Positions 8,806 through 17,978 of a stretch of DNA of 32,000 nt are shown piece by piece. Each line of letters starts with the position of its first letter. The stretch's first letter is position 1. The notes below the pieces were generated by a model. The model worked only from the letters and a program-made list of their open reading frames with translations, had not been told where the DNA came from and did not search any database. The stretch is from Paramicrosporidium saccamoebae KSL3. Lineage: Eukaryota > Fungi > Cryptomycota. The stretch spans positions 10,224 through 42,223 of the forward strand of contig MTSL01000178.1 in the NCBI GenBank assembly GCA_002794465.1. Reading direction: 5' to 3'. The position numbers and the translations under genes were made by a program.

Positions 8806-9811
8806 ATGCCAAACAACCATCGTATCATCCACAAGTGAACTAAGCATAGTCCCATGGCCCACAAGCACTGTCCGTCAGGGTGTGCCCCCCCTCCTTGCCG
8901 CCTCCTCCTCCCTTGCCGCTCTTCCCCCTTCCGCCTCCACACCCTCCCAGGCCTGTCGCTACGACAATTCGCTCGGTCTACTGACCCGTCGCTTTGTCCA
9001 GCTGCTCCGTGACTCTCCTGATGGAATCGTCGACCTCAACTATGCAGCCTCCCAGCTCGAGGTACAGAAGCGTCGAATCTACGACATTACCAATGTGCTG
9101 GAGGGAATCGGAATGATAGAGAAAAAGGGCAAGAATAATGTCCGGTGGAGGTAATGTTTCCTCAGTTGGGCTTTATTTGTAGGGGCCATCCCAATGGCAG
9201 CGAAACGAACGATCCGGCAGAGAATGAGGCGTTGCGGAGGTTACGGGAGCGTGCCTCTGCCATGCAGCGGGAAGAAGCAATTGCCGATCAACATTTGCTC
9301 TATGTCCAGGATGTTCTCCGGACAATGTCTGAGGACGAAACTTGCAAAAAGTCTTTCCATCCCACCTTCCTAATATGGTAGACTAGCGTACATTACGCAT
9401 GACGACGTCCGAAGGATTGGCTGTTTCAGCGAGGACACGCTTTTGGCGGTAAAGGCACCCTTTGGCAGCACACTGGAGGTTCCAGATCCTGACGAAGGAA
9501 TGCCTCCAGGCCGTCGTCGCTATGAAATCCAGCTGACGAGTCGCGCTGGACCAATTGATGTCTTTCTAATCCAGGACCATCCGATCGTTAGCAATGCGGC
9601 CCCGCCACTAGACTCGCTTGCCGATTCAGAGCTGCTGACGGGCCATGAAGATGTGCTGCTGAAGCATTTTCAGTTGCCAAGTGATCCCTACAATTTTGAA
9701 TTGAAGCCGGGAGAGGGGATCGGAGATTTGTACGGGTTTGCGGATATGTTTGGAGCAGGTTTTGGAGATGCGACATCTGTGGGACCTAATGTAAAGATTT
9801 CGAGACAATAA
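8806..9811 (+). CDS. E2F: E2F transcription factor (DP-dimerising, Rb-binding type); introns at 8822-8849 (tentative), 9151-9182 and 9351-9381
   Basis: Winged-helix [13 protein letters not shown]...[28 protein letters not shown], a coiled-coil, a marked box ([29 protein letters not shown]) and C-terminal [15 protein letters not shown]. The first exon and start are less certain. Confidence 0.92.
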
Positions 9812-9837
9812 AGCCTATTTGAGTGTAACATGTGAGT

Positions 9838-9913
9838 GGGGTGAGGGCATGGGCATGGGTGTGGGTGTGGGTGTGGGTGCGAGCGTAGGCGTGGGTAAAA
9901 GGTATGGGTAGGG
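9838..9913 (+). repeat. (GGGNNN)n hexamer repeat with G-quadruplex potential, just after the E2F stop
   Basis: ggggtgagggcatgggcatgggtgtgggtgtgggtgtggg has seven G-tracts with short (2-3 nt) loops, followed by three more GGG tracts up to 9913. Confidence 0.75.
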
Positions 9914-10122
9914 CGGAGTATATGCATTTAGAGATGAAACGTCTTTGGGAATGACAAGCTTAAAGAAATGGCATATTTAGAGATGCTACAAGTGGAAGAG
10001 TTTCAAGTGTTATGAAGTCTTTGGGAATGGGCCACCCCGGGATATAGACTAATCCGCGTCCAGCCCAACCAGGCCACATATCCAATACCTAACCCACGTC
10101 AACCTTTTCCATCCATCCAAAT

Positions 10123-12156
10123 ATGACTGTCGAGGATATTGAAGGCATCAAGGTAGACTTTTCTGATCTTGAGGCGGCTCACCAGGTGGAGTTGGACACT
10201 TCCCTTGACACGGTGCTAATCATCTCTAATCTTCCCAAAATCGACTGCAACAAGGAAGAAAAGCTCCTTGCCGTCCTCCGTAAGAACCTTTTCACCCTCG
10301 CCAAGGCTACGCCGCTCCCTGAATCCATCTGCATGCCCCGCGACGAGTCGCAGATGAGCAAAGGCTACATGTTTGTGGAATTTGCAGGCGCTGAGGAGGC
10401 CAGTGCCGTCCTTCAAGTGGCACATGGATATCGTCTGGATAAACAGCATGTGTTGTCAGCCGTTCGATTGTCAGATTTTGAGAGATTGTTGAATATGGAA
10501 GATGAATATAAGGAGCCGACTATTGAGCCGTTTGAGGAGAAGGAATATTTGAAATCGTGGCTGAACGACACGACGGCAAGGGATCAGTTTGTTACGCTGG
10601 CTGGAACCACGGCCTCGGTCTTTTCGAATGCACGAGGTGGCGCACCGCCTGAACTGGTGCATACTCGGGCCAACTGGACTGACACGTATGTGCAATGGTC
10701 TCCGCGGGGATCATATTTGGCAACAGTTCACGGTCCAGGAATTATGCTCTGGGGAGGAGCCAGCTTTTCTCGTCTGGGAAAATACCCCCACCAAAATGTA
10801 AAATTGGTAAACTTTTCCAGCACCGAGACAATCATGGTCACCTGGTCTCCATATGATGAATTGCGGCCCACTGAACCCAATCTGCTAGTTTGGGATGTGG
10901 TGGCTGGAAAGCTTGTTCGTGGCTTTGTGGCTGACGAAAAGGATGCGGGGGGAAACACTCCCTCGACTGTCCTGTGGCCAATGGTAAAGTTTTCATATGA
11001 TGACAAGTACGCTGCCCGAGTACATGAGGGTGCTCTGCATATCTATGAGATGGCCACATTTACCCTGTTGGACAAGAAGAGCCACAAGATTGAGGGCCTG
11101 AAGGATTTCAGTTGGTCACCCGTTGATCATATGATGGTGCACTGGACGCAAGGAACTGAAGACATTCCGGCCCGCGTTTCTGTAATGTCAGTTCCATCCA
11201 AAACAATCCTCCGAAGCAAAAACCTGTTTAATGTCAACACGTGTCAGGTGCACTGGCATGCACGTGGCGACTATCTGTGTGTGCAAGTGGAGCGCCACTC
11301 GAAAAACAAGAAACAAATCTTTTCGAATTTGGAATTGTTCCGTCTGCGGGAAAAGGGTATTCCAGTGGATTGTCTGGAATTCAAGGAGCCTCTTATTACG
11401 TCATTTGCATGGGAGCCCGAGGGTGATCGCTTCTTGGCGGCAGGAACACATGAATTTAAGACAACCATCTCCTTCTACACCATGAAAGCCCACGAAAATG
11501 GAATGCCAGTAGTGAAGCTACTGAGCAGCGTCGAACGAAAGACGCTGAACCGGTTCCTGTGGTCTCCACGGGGTGAATTTGTGCTGTTTGTGGGAACTGA
11601 TTCAACAAGCGCCATGCTAGAATTTTTCAGTGCCCAAGAAATGACCACATTGGCGACACGGGAACACTTTTTGGCGACTGATGCAGCATGGGATCCAAGT
11701 GGACGATTTGTATCGTCGTGGGTGAGCGCATGGAAGCAATCCAGCGACCATGGCTTTATTATCTGGGACATGCGAGGAGAGCAAGTGGCGCGTCTGAATA
11801 CTTCAAGAATGTCGCACTTTGCCTGGCGTCCGCGTCCACCCACTCTGTTGAGTCGGGACCAGCAACGGGAAATCCGTCGCAATCTGAAGGACTATGCATC
11901 CAAATTTGAAGAGGCAGATTTGCGGGAACTGTCACGGGAGAGCAGCAATACAGCGGAATTGAAGAGTCGTCTGATGAATCTGTGGAACGAATGGCGTCGC
12001 CATTGTCAACGCGAATACGATGTCCGCACAGTGACTCGAAAGGCGTTGATTGGGGCCGAGGACGAATTTGCTCGTGAACAATTGACGACAACAACTGCTG
12101 AGTGGATTGAAGAGGTGATTGAAGAAAGCGAGACGGTTGAGGAAAGCGAAAGTTGA
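10123..12156 (+). CDS. EIF3B: Translation initiation factor eIF3 subunit b (Prt1)
   Basis: RRM (KGYMFVEF, GYRLDKQH), LKSWL, NWTDTYVQWSPRGSYL, WD40 propeller, WDPSGRF, WRPRPPTLLS, and IRRNLKDYASKFE. Confidence 0.96.
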   Translation: MTVEDIEGIKVDFSDLEAAHQVELDTSLDTVLIISNLPKIDCNKEEKLLAVLRKNLFTLAKATPLPESICMPRDESQMSKGYMFVEFAGAEEASAVLQVAHGYRLDKQHVLSAVRLSDFERLLNMEDEYKEPTIEPFEEKEYLKSWLNDTTARDQFVTLAGTTASVFSNARGGAPPELVHTRANWTDTYVQWSPRGSYLATVHGPGIMLWGGASFSRLGKYPHQNVKLVNFSSTETIMVTWSPYDELRPTEPNLLVWDVVAGKLVRGFVADEKDAGGNTPSTVLWPMVKFSYDDKYAARVHEGALHIYEMATFTLLDKKSHKIEGLKDFSWSPVDHMMVHWTQGTEDIPARVSVMSVPSKTILRSKNLFNVNTCQVHWHARGDYLCVQVERHSKNKKQIFSNLELFRLREKGIPVDCLEFKEPLITSFAWEPEGDRFLAAGTHEFKTTISFYTMKAHENGMPVVKLLSSVERKTLNRFLWSPRGEFVLFVGTDSTSAMLEFFSAQEMTTLATREHFLATDAAWDPSGRFVSSWVSAWKQSSDHGFIIWDMRGEQVARLNTSRMSHFAWRPRPPTLLSRDQQREIRRNLKDYASKFEEADLRELSRESSNTAELKSRLMNLWNEWRRHCQREYDVRTVTRKALIGAEDEFAREQLTTTTAEWIEEVIEESETVEESES

Positions 12157-12198
12157 GAAAGCAAGATGGTTGAGGAAGGCGAGATGATCGAAGAAGCC
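12112..12198 (+). repeat. 18-bp tandem repeat spanning the eIF3b stop codon
   Basis: gaggtgattgaagaaagc / gagacggttgaggaaagc / gaaagttgagaaagc / aagatggttgaggaaggc / gagatgatcgaagaagcc. Confidence 0.8.
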
Positions 12199-12495
12199 CA
12201 ATAGTATGTTAATTTAATGATTGATTTGTGTAATCCAGCGTGTCAAGTTGCAAGTTCATTGGGTACAAATTTACTTAATGATGATTGCAGGTTCATTTAG
12301 TAATTAGCCCATGTTTGTTAAATGATTGACTTTTAGCAGTGCTAAAAGGTATTGGTCTATTGGCAATAATCCCCCTCTACATTCATCAACGCAACTAACA
12401 AACTAGCACACTTACAACTCATATAGTGTATTGGCACAAAGGCCAGAAAGCTACTAAAAAGCTACATTTAGACTACAGTATTTACAATGCCCAAG

Positions 12496-13571
12496 TCAGG
12501 CCTTCACCTTGGATCGGGTGGGGGTGGGAGGCAAGGAAGACATTTTGGGGATGGGCTGGATGTCTTGGAGGAAGGGATGGGCAATAATCTGACTGGGAGT
12601 CAGTCGCTTCTCAGGATCATATTGCAACAGGGCCGCGAGCAGATCCACTCCATCGTCGGGCACTTCAGACGGCACTACTGCACGCAACGCCCTCCGCCGT
12701 TCATCGAGAGCCAAGGGCGCCTTGAGTCCAAGTCGCTTGGGTTCCTGGCCCATAGCAACCATCTCCGCCGCAGTAGGAGCCCCCAAAACCCGAATAATCT
12801 TGGCCAATTGGTCGATGCTGTTCTTTCCCGGGAAAATGGGTCGTCCCATAAGCAATTCGGCAAGGACACAGCCGGCAGACCAGAGATCAATAGCCACAGA
12901 ATAACAACCCCATCCGAGTACAATCTCCGGCGCACGATAATAGCGGGCGCAGATGTATTGGATGTTGGATTCGCCCCGTTGCAGACGCTTACTGCAGCCA
13001 AAGTCGCACAACTTTACCATTCCAGTGTGGGGATCGAGTAGCAGATTGTGTGGCTTAATGTCCCGATGACACACCCCCACCCCGTGCAAATACTGCAACG
13101 CCTGGGCAAATTGCTGAAAGGCCCGCTGTACTAGCGGCAATGGTACTGTCCGTTCTCCGTCCCGTAATAGACGGTCTACAGAGGTCGGCATCCATTCCAA
13201 AACTAAACTCAGAAACTCTTCGCGGTGTTCGTTTCGGGTGTAAAAGTAGCGTTGGAGGGCGACAATGTTTCCATGCTCCAGCGCCTTGATAATGGACAAT
13301 TCGCGGTTCTGGTGGCCCTCGTCCTGGTAGACCGTCTTAATGGCCACTATGGCGTTGGTGGCAAGATCCCGGGCTCGACACACGATCCCAAAGGTGCCAT
13401 TTCCGATCACGTCGAGGTAGCGGAACGAGAATGGCGTTGCGCGGTCTTCGCGGTCACACGCTGTCACTGTCACGGGCTGGTCCCACACCTGCTGCACTGT
13501 CCATTAGCACCGCACCGTCGCGTACCTAATCGAAACGCCGCCTTCACCGGATTCTTGTTGGCGCTGCTCAT
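12496..13571 (-). CDS. GSK3: GSK3/shaggy-family Ser/Thr kinase; intron at 13497-13525
   Basis: Contains IGNGTFGIV, VAIKTVYQD, NRELS, CHRDIKPHNLL, LCDFG, YICARYYRAPE and FPGKNSIDQLAKIIRVLGAPT. A short first exon from ATG 13571 (MSSANKNPVK) joins in frame through a 29-nt intron. Confidence 0.9.
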
Positions 13572-13701
13572 TCTCACCTACTTATTGGCTGCCGCCCTCT
13601 CCCCCAACAGTCCACCGCCCTCCTGGTCGCTATTAACCCGTTTGTTTGGGTCCTCCTCCTCGCCCAATCCAGTCAATTCAGCTTTATTACCATTCTACAT
13701 T

Positions 13702-14772
13702 CTAATCCTCTGAAAACTTGATTCGTTGGTTCATTGTCTTCCCGCTCGCTATGGTTCGTTGCAGCTCTCGCTGTCGACGTTGTGCCTCCCACGATGGATG
13801 CAATTTCTCCTCCAATGCGTGAGGCCCCGGAGCACCTTTCGGGCGTCCTGTTTGGCGTCTCTCATGCTGTGCATTATGTAAGTGTTTTGCCTTTTGTCCA
13901 TACAGTCGCTCCCATTCGGCCCTTCGTGCTCGTTGGCCCTTTCGGTTTCCCGACTTGGTCTGCGTCTTGTCTTCCCGTTCCTCCCTGTCTCTGTCTCTCT
14001 CTTGGTCTCTGGTTCTTGGCTTGCTTCGTTTCGTCGGTCTCTCCACACTTAATTGTGTCTCTTCTTCCAAAGCAGTTGTATTACCTTCCTCCTCTTCCTC
14101 TCCCGCCCGTTTCTCTAAAGTACTTTCCTTTTCGGGATGTTCGTGGTATAGATTCCGGGTAAACAGTTCCATGTCCTGACGGATCCCATCCAATGTTTTG
14201 GTTAGGGCTTGTCCCTCAATCAGTGCCATGGTCGAGGCTTCGAGGGCGGAAGTCTCAATAAACTCACTTGTCCTGGAGACAAGATATTCACTTGCTTGGA
14301 CAATACGATGTTTGAACAGTAACTTGGCCATCTCGACTAGATCCACCCCCTTAATCCGCTTCATCTCGCCCTCCAGTCTTTCTATCTTTTCTCTATTTTT
14401 TGTCGTCTCTGTCTGTTCAGTGGTTGGTGGCTTTTTGAGTTCGGGAGCGCGTAGCTTTTTTATCACCCTCTGCACTGCAAAGGTTCGTGCCTTTTTGGCC
14501 GTTCGTTGGACCAGCTTTTTTATCGAATACTAAGGGTCAGCAACAGTAGTTGAGGTACTATTTTTCGAGAAAGCCGCTCTTGACGCATAGTCTCTAACGA
14601 CTCGTCTATCAACCCTTCGTCAATCTTGTTGCGACGACTGCGCTCGTGTGCGATATTCTTGCATTTTTCAATGTTCGGTGTGATGCCTTTCTGTTGAAAA
14701 TTAACACCTAGAACACAAAGATACCTTGGCTTCCAGAACGCCTATTTCCAAGGCCAGGTTGCGTTTCCTCAT
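13702..14772 (-). CDS. BUD22: Bud22/SRFBP1 ribosome biogenesis factor; introns at 14691-14724 and 14530-14558
   Basis: C-terminal KKSGNRKGQRAR-like segment (KSGNRKGQRARRAEWERLYG) and LHPSWEAQRRQRE...QRIKFSED are the Bud22/SRFBP1 signature. Exons of 48, 132 and 828 nt join in frame from ATG 14772. Confidence 0.8.
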
Positions 14773-14829
14773 TTGGTCCAGCAAGGGTCCTCCCTCCACC
14801 CTCTTACAGTTGTACTAAATTCTAAACAT

Positions 14830-15654
14830 TTATTTACGATGCTTTGATTTCTTGACGTTGGAGGAATCAATACAACGATCAGTCCAGTTGCTCTTCTTTA
14901 GTTTGACTGGTCGACTACCAATATACTTTCCTACTCATCATCACCTCATGAACCAAACATACCATTCATTTCCCGGATTGCTGCAAGAAAGTCCTGTGGC
15001 TCCTTGAATCCAACAAATCCATAGCCTTTGGACTTGTTCGACTTTCGGTCCCGTATAATTCGGTATTTGGTCAGCGAGCCGAATCGGGAAAAGGCCTGTT
15101 GCAACATCATGTCCGTCACCTCTGGTCCCAAATCGCCCACAAATATCCGGAAATCATCTACAGATAAGACGACAGGAGGGACAAATACTTGGATCCCAGT
15201 CAGCAAGAGTTGGATCCTGCCATACCTCGCCAGCAGCCGCCCTCAAAGTGTGAGCCGGTGCGGTGGGTGGCTTTGCCGAGCAAACGGTAGCTGCTGTGGT
15301 TGTGTCCTTGGTCAAGTCCTTGGCTGGATCTTTCACTGAAGGTGTCATAATAAATGCAGGCCGTTTAAGTGTGTTGGTCTTTGCGGTACTGCTTCCAGGA
15401 ATGGAGCCCACCACTGTACTGCCGGTAGAGCCTATTACCGTACGACTGACTTGAGGAATAGACCCGATTGTTGCACCACTAGTACGGGAAATAGAGCCGG
15501 TTGTTGCGCCACTAGTATGGGGAACAGAACCGATGGTTGTGCCACTGGCACGGGGAACGGCGCCCACTACTGTGCTACTGACTTGTACTTTGCGCGGTGC
15601 CTGTCCAATAGGCAACTGACCGATGGGCTGTTGTTTCGATGGTCTCTGCTCCAT
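14830..15654 (-). CDS. RBM42: RBM42-like RRM protein (tri-snRNP associated); introns at 15158-15188 and 14931-14962
   Basis: [16 protein letters not shown]|[11 protein letters not shown]...[10 protein letters not shown]...AIREMNG|[15 protein letters not shown] is the characteristic RBM42 sequence. Confidence 0.92.
15388..15576 (-). repeat. 33-bp coding repeat (11-aa units) in the RBM42 N-terminus
   Basis: [11 protein letters not shown] / [11 protein letters not shown] / [11 protein letters not shown] / [11 protein letters not shown] / RTVIGSTG / [11 protein letters not shown]. Confidence 0.8.
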
Positions 15655-15672
15655 TCACCCCAGTCATTCTGC

Positions 15673-17943
15673 ATGAACAGTCTTTTATGGCGGAGCATTC
15701 CCAGACTGCATTTCACAGCATCTTGTAAACTTTACTTTACGGAATACTCTATATTGCACTCCACAGAATACTCTACTTTATATTTCACAAGATATTCCCG
15801 GCTGCACTCGACACCGCACTCCCGACTGCACTCGATATCGTACTCCCGACTGCAGTCCGCAAGGTATTACAGCCAATGTGTCCACGATGAACGGATACGA
15901 AACATTGGTATCATTGCTCATATTGATGCTGGAAAGACCACAACCACTGAACGTATGCTCTTTTACTCGGGTCAAACGCGTCGAATTGGCGAGGTGGATC
16001 GGGGAGATACTGTCATGGATTATCTCCCTGAAGAGCGTGCCCGTGGAATCACCATCACTGCCGCCGCCATCACTTTTCCGTGGAAGGATCATCGGATTAA
16101 TTTGATCGACACACCCGGCCATGTGGATTTCGGGATGGAAGTGGAACGCAGTTTGCGGGTTCTGGACGGCACAGTGACAATTTTGGATGGTGCAGCGGGG
16201 GTACAGGCACAGACTCGGACGGTATGGCGACAGGCTGGACGGTATGGCGTACCAAGAATTGTATATGTCAATAAGATGGACAAGATGGGTGCAGATTATG
16301 AACGAACAGTAAAGGAAATTGCAGAAAAGTTGGGTGATCTACAGCCTGTCTGTGTGCAGATGCCGATTATGAGGGAGGATCGTATTTGGGGGGTGGTTGA
16401 TTTAATTGGAAAGAAAACATTGCATTGGAGCGATCCACAAGGACGAGAGGTTATCGAGACTGATTGGGACAATGACGCTGACGCTAGGTGGGCGCCTGGG
16501 AGGATTAAATTGATGGAGCAGCTCGCTGATCTGGACGATGCGTTTCTAGAAAAGTATCTGGATGATCCCCATTTGGTCACTGGCAAAGACTTGGAATCTG
16601 CAATCCGGCGACTGACTTTGCAGACAAAGATTGCACCCGTTCTCTGTGGCTCCTCATTTACAAACATTGGAGTCCAGCCCGTTCTGGATGCGATTGTAAA
16701 GTATCTTCCCAGCCCATCGGAACGGCCTTTGCCAAAGGTGAATCAAGATGTGGTTTGGAAAGACGATCGTCTGCTTGCATTGGCGTTCAAGGTAGTCCAT
16801 GATGAACAACGGGGATTATTGGTGTTTGTCCGAGTGTATGCTGGAGTTCTGTCCACTCGGACTATGTTGAGGAATGGAAGTAGGAACATTCGAGAGCGGG
16901 CTACCAAAGTCATGACAATCCATGCTAACCAATTTGAAGAGTGCGAGGCTGTCTCTGCAGGAAATGTTGCCGTGTTGCTTGGACTCAAAAATACCCGCAC
17001 CGGCGACACAATCACCGCCGAAAACGAATGCAAGAACCTTAATGTACAGCTCGCTGGAATTGACGTTCCCCAGCCAGTGTTTTCTTGTGCAGTGGAGGCG
17101 GAATCCACGAGCGACGATTCTCGACTGGAGGAGGCGCTAAAGATTATTGAACTGGAGGATCCATCGGTTCGAGTCACCAAGGACCATGAGACGGGACAGA
17201 AGCAGCTTTCCGGAATGGGCGAGCTGCATTTGGAGATTGTTGGAAAGCGCATCACTAGAGATTTGAAGGCACGAGCATCGTTTGGACAGATCCAGATTGC
17301 CTACAAAGAGACTTTTGGAAAGAGAACTGCGGAGACTATCCAGGGGGAAGTGGATAAGGATATGGGAGGGAGACGATTTGTTGGGGGATTGGAGTATACT
17401 GTGGAGAGCACCGACGAGCTGATTAATAAGATTGAGCCTAGTGATTGCATGCCGGCAATCCAAGAGGGATTTGAATCAGCCCTTCAAGACGGACCCACTG
17501 CCTCTTTTCCATTGATTGGCGTACGAATTAAAGTTTTACGTGTCGACTGGACGGAGGGTGTTTCTTCACTAGATGCCCTCCGATATGTGGCGTACACTTT
17601 ACTGCGAAAATGGTGCGTTAATCAGTCATCGAGACTGGTGGAGCCCATTATGGGTGTGGAACTGACTGTCCCCGACAAATACCTTGGGACCGTTCTGGCT
17701 GACATTCATGCGGGCCGACGGGGAAATGTCACTGAAACGAATACATCGGAAGAAGGCGATCACACAGTCTGGGCCGAGGTGCCGCTGGCATCAATGCTTG
17801 GTTATGCAACTAGTCTGCGATCCAAGACTGGCGGGACTGCGTCATTCTCCATGCAACCCCTGACGTATCGAACAATGTCGCAAGACGAAGAATCGCGCAT
17901 TCTTTCCTCCTTGGGCGTCATCCAGCCGATCAAAGACGCATAA
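15673..17943 (+). CDS. GFM2: Mitochondrial elongation factor G2 / ribosome-releasing factor 2
   Basis: Contains [59 protein letters not shown] and EPIM. It has an Arg/Ser-rich presequence from ATG 15673. The short, divergent domain IV favours EF-G2mt over EF-G1mt (inference). Confidence 0.85.
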   Translation: MNSLLWRSIPRLHFTASCKLYFTEYSILHSTEYSTLYFTRYSRLHSTPHSRLHSISYSRLQSARYYSQCVHDERIRNIGIIAHIDAGKTTTTERMLFYSGQTRRIGEVDRGDTVMDYLPEERARGITITAAAITFPWKDHRINLIDTPGHVDFGMEVERSLRVLDGTVTILDGAAGVQAQTRTVWRQAGRYGVPRIVYVNKMDKMGADYERTVKEIAEKLGDLQPVCVQMPIMREDRIWGVVDLIGKKTLHWSDPQGREVIETDWDNDADARWAPGRIKLMEQLADLDDAFLEKYLDDPHLVTGKDLESAIRRLTLQTKIAPVLCGSSFTNIGVQPVLDAIVKYLPSPSERPLPKVNQDVVWKDDRLLALAFKVVHDEQRGLLVFVRVYAGVLSTRTMLRNGSRNIRERATKVMTIHANQFEECEAVSAGNVAVLLGLKNTRTGDTITAENECKNLNVQLAGIDVPQPVFSCAVEAESTSDDSRLEEALKIIELEDPSVRVTKDHETGQKQLSGMGELHLEIVGKRITRDLKARASFGQIQIAYKETFGKRTAETIQGEVDKDMGGRRFVGGLEYTVESTDELINKIEPSDCMPAIQEGFESALQDGPTASFPLIGVRIKVLRVDWTEGVSSLDALRYVAYTLLRKWCVNQSSRLVEPIMGVELTVPDKYLGTVLADIHAGRRGNVTETNTSEEGDHTVWAEVPLASMLGYATSLRSKTGGTASFSMQPLTYRTMSQDEESRILSSLGVIQPIKDA
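15706..15873 (+). repeat. 24-bp coding repeat, seven octapeptides in the EF-G2 presequence
   Basis: LHFTASCK / LYFTEYSI / LHSTEYST / LYFTRYSR / LHSTPHSR / LHSISYSR / LQSARYYS. Confidence 0.88.
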
Positions 17944-17978
17944 ACGGAAAAAGTGGAAAATCTTAAAGTAGAGTAAAC

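Noticed and set aside
9688-9927. His/Pro-repeat ORF (HPHPHP) on the minus strand
   Set aside because: It is a translation artefact of the GGGTGT repeat and overlaps the E2F 3' end.
12270-12360. Possible C/D-box snoRNA (ATGATGA near 12278)
   Set aside because: There is no CTGA D box or terminal stem at a suitable distance, and the region is AT-rich convergent intergenic DNA.
12487-13041. Long antisense or alternate-frame ORFs (e.g. 12487-13041, 13225-13713, 13734-14162, 17963-18607, 28000-28635)
   Set aside because: They overlap well-supported genes, show no recognisable motifs, and are expected shadows of GC-balanced coding DNA.
15451-15672. Cys-rich N-terminal extension of EF-G2 in the ORF track
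   Set aside because: It starts at TTG and is the antisense reading of the RBM42 33-bp repeat. A typical presequence begins at ATG 15673.
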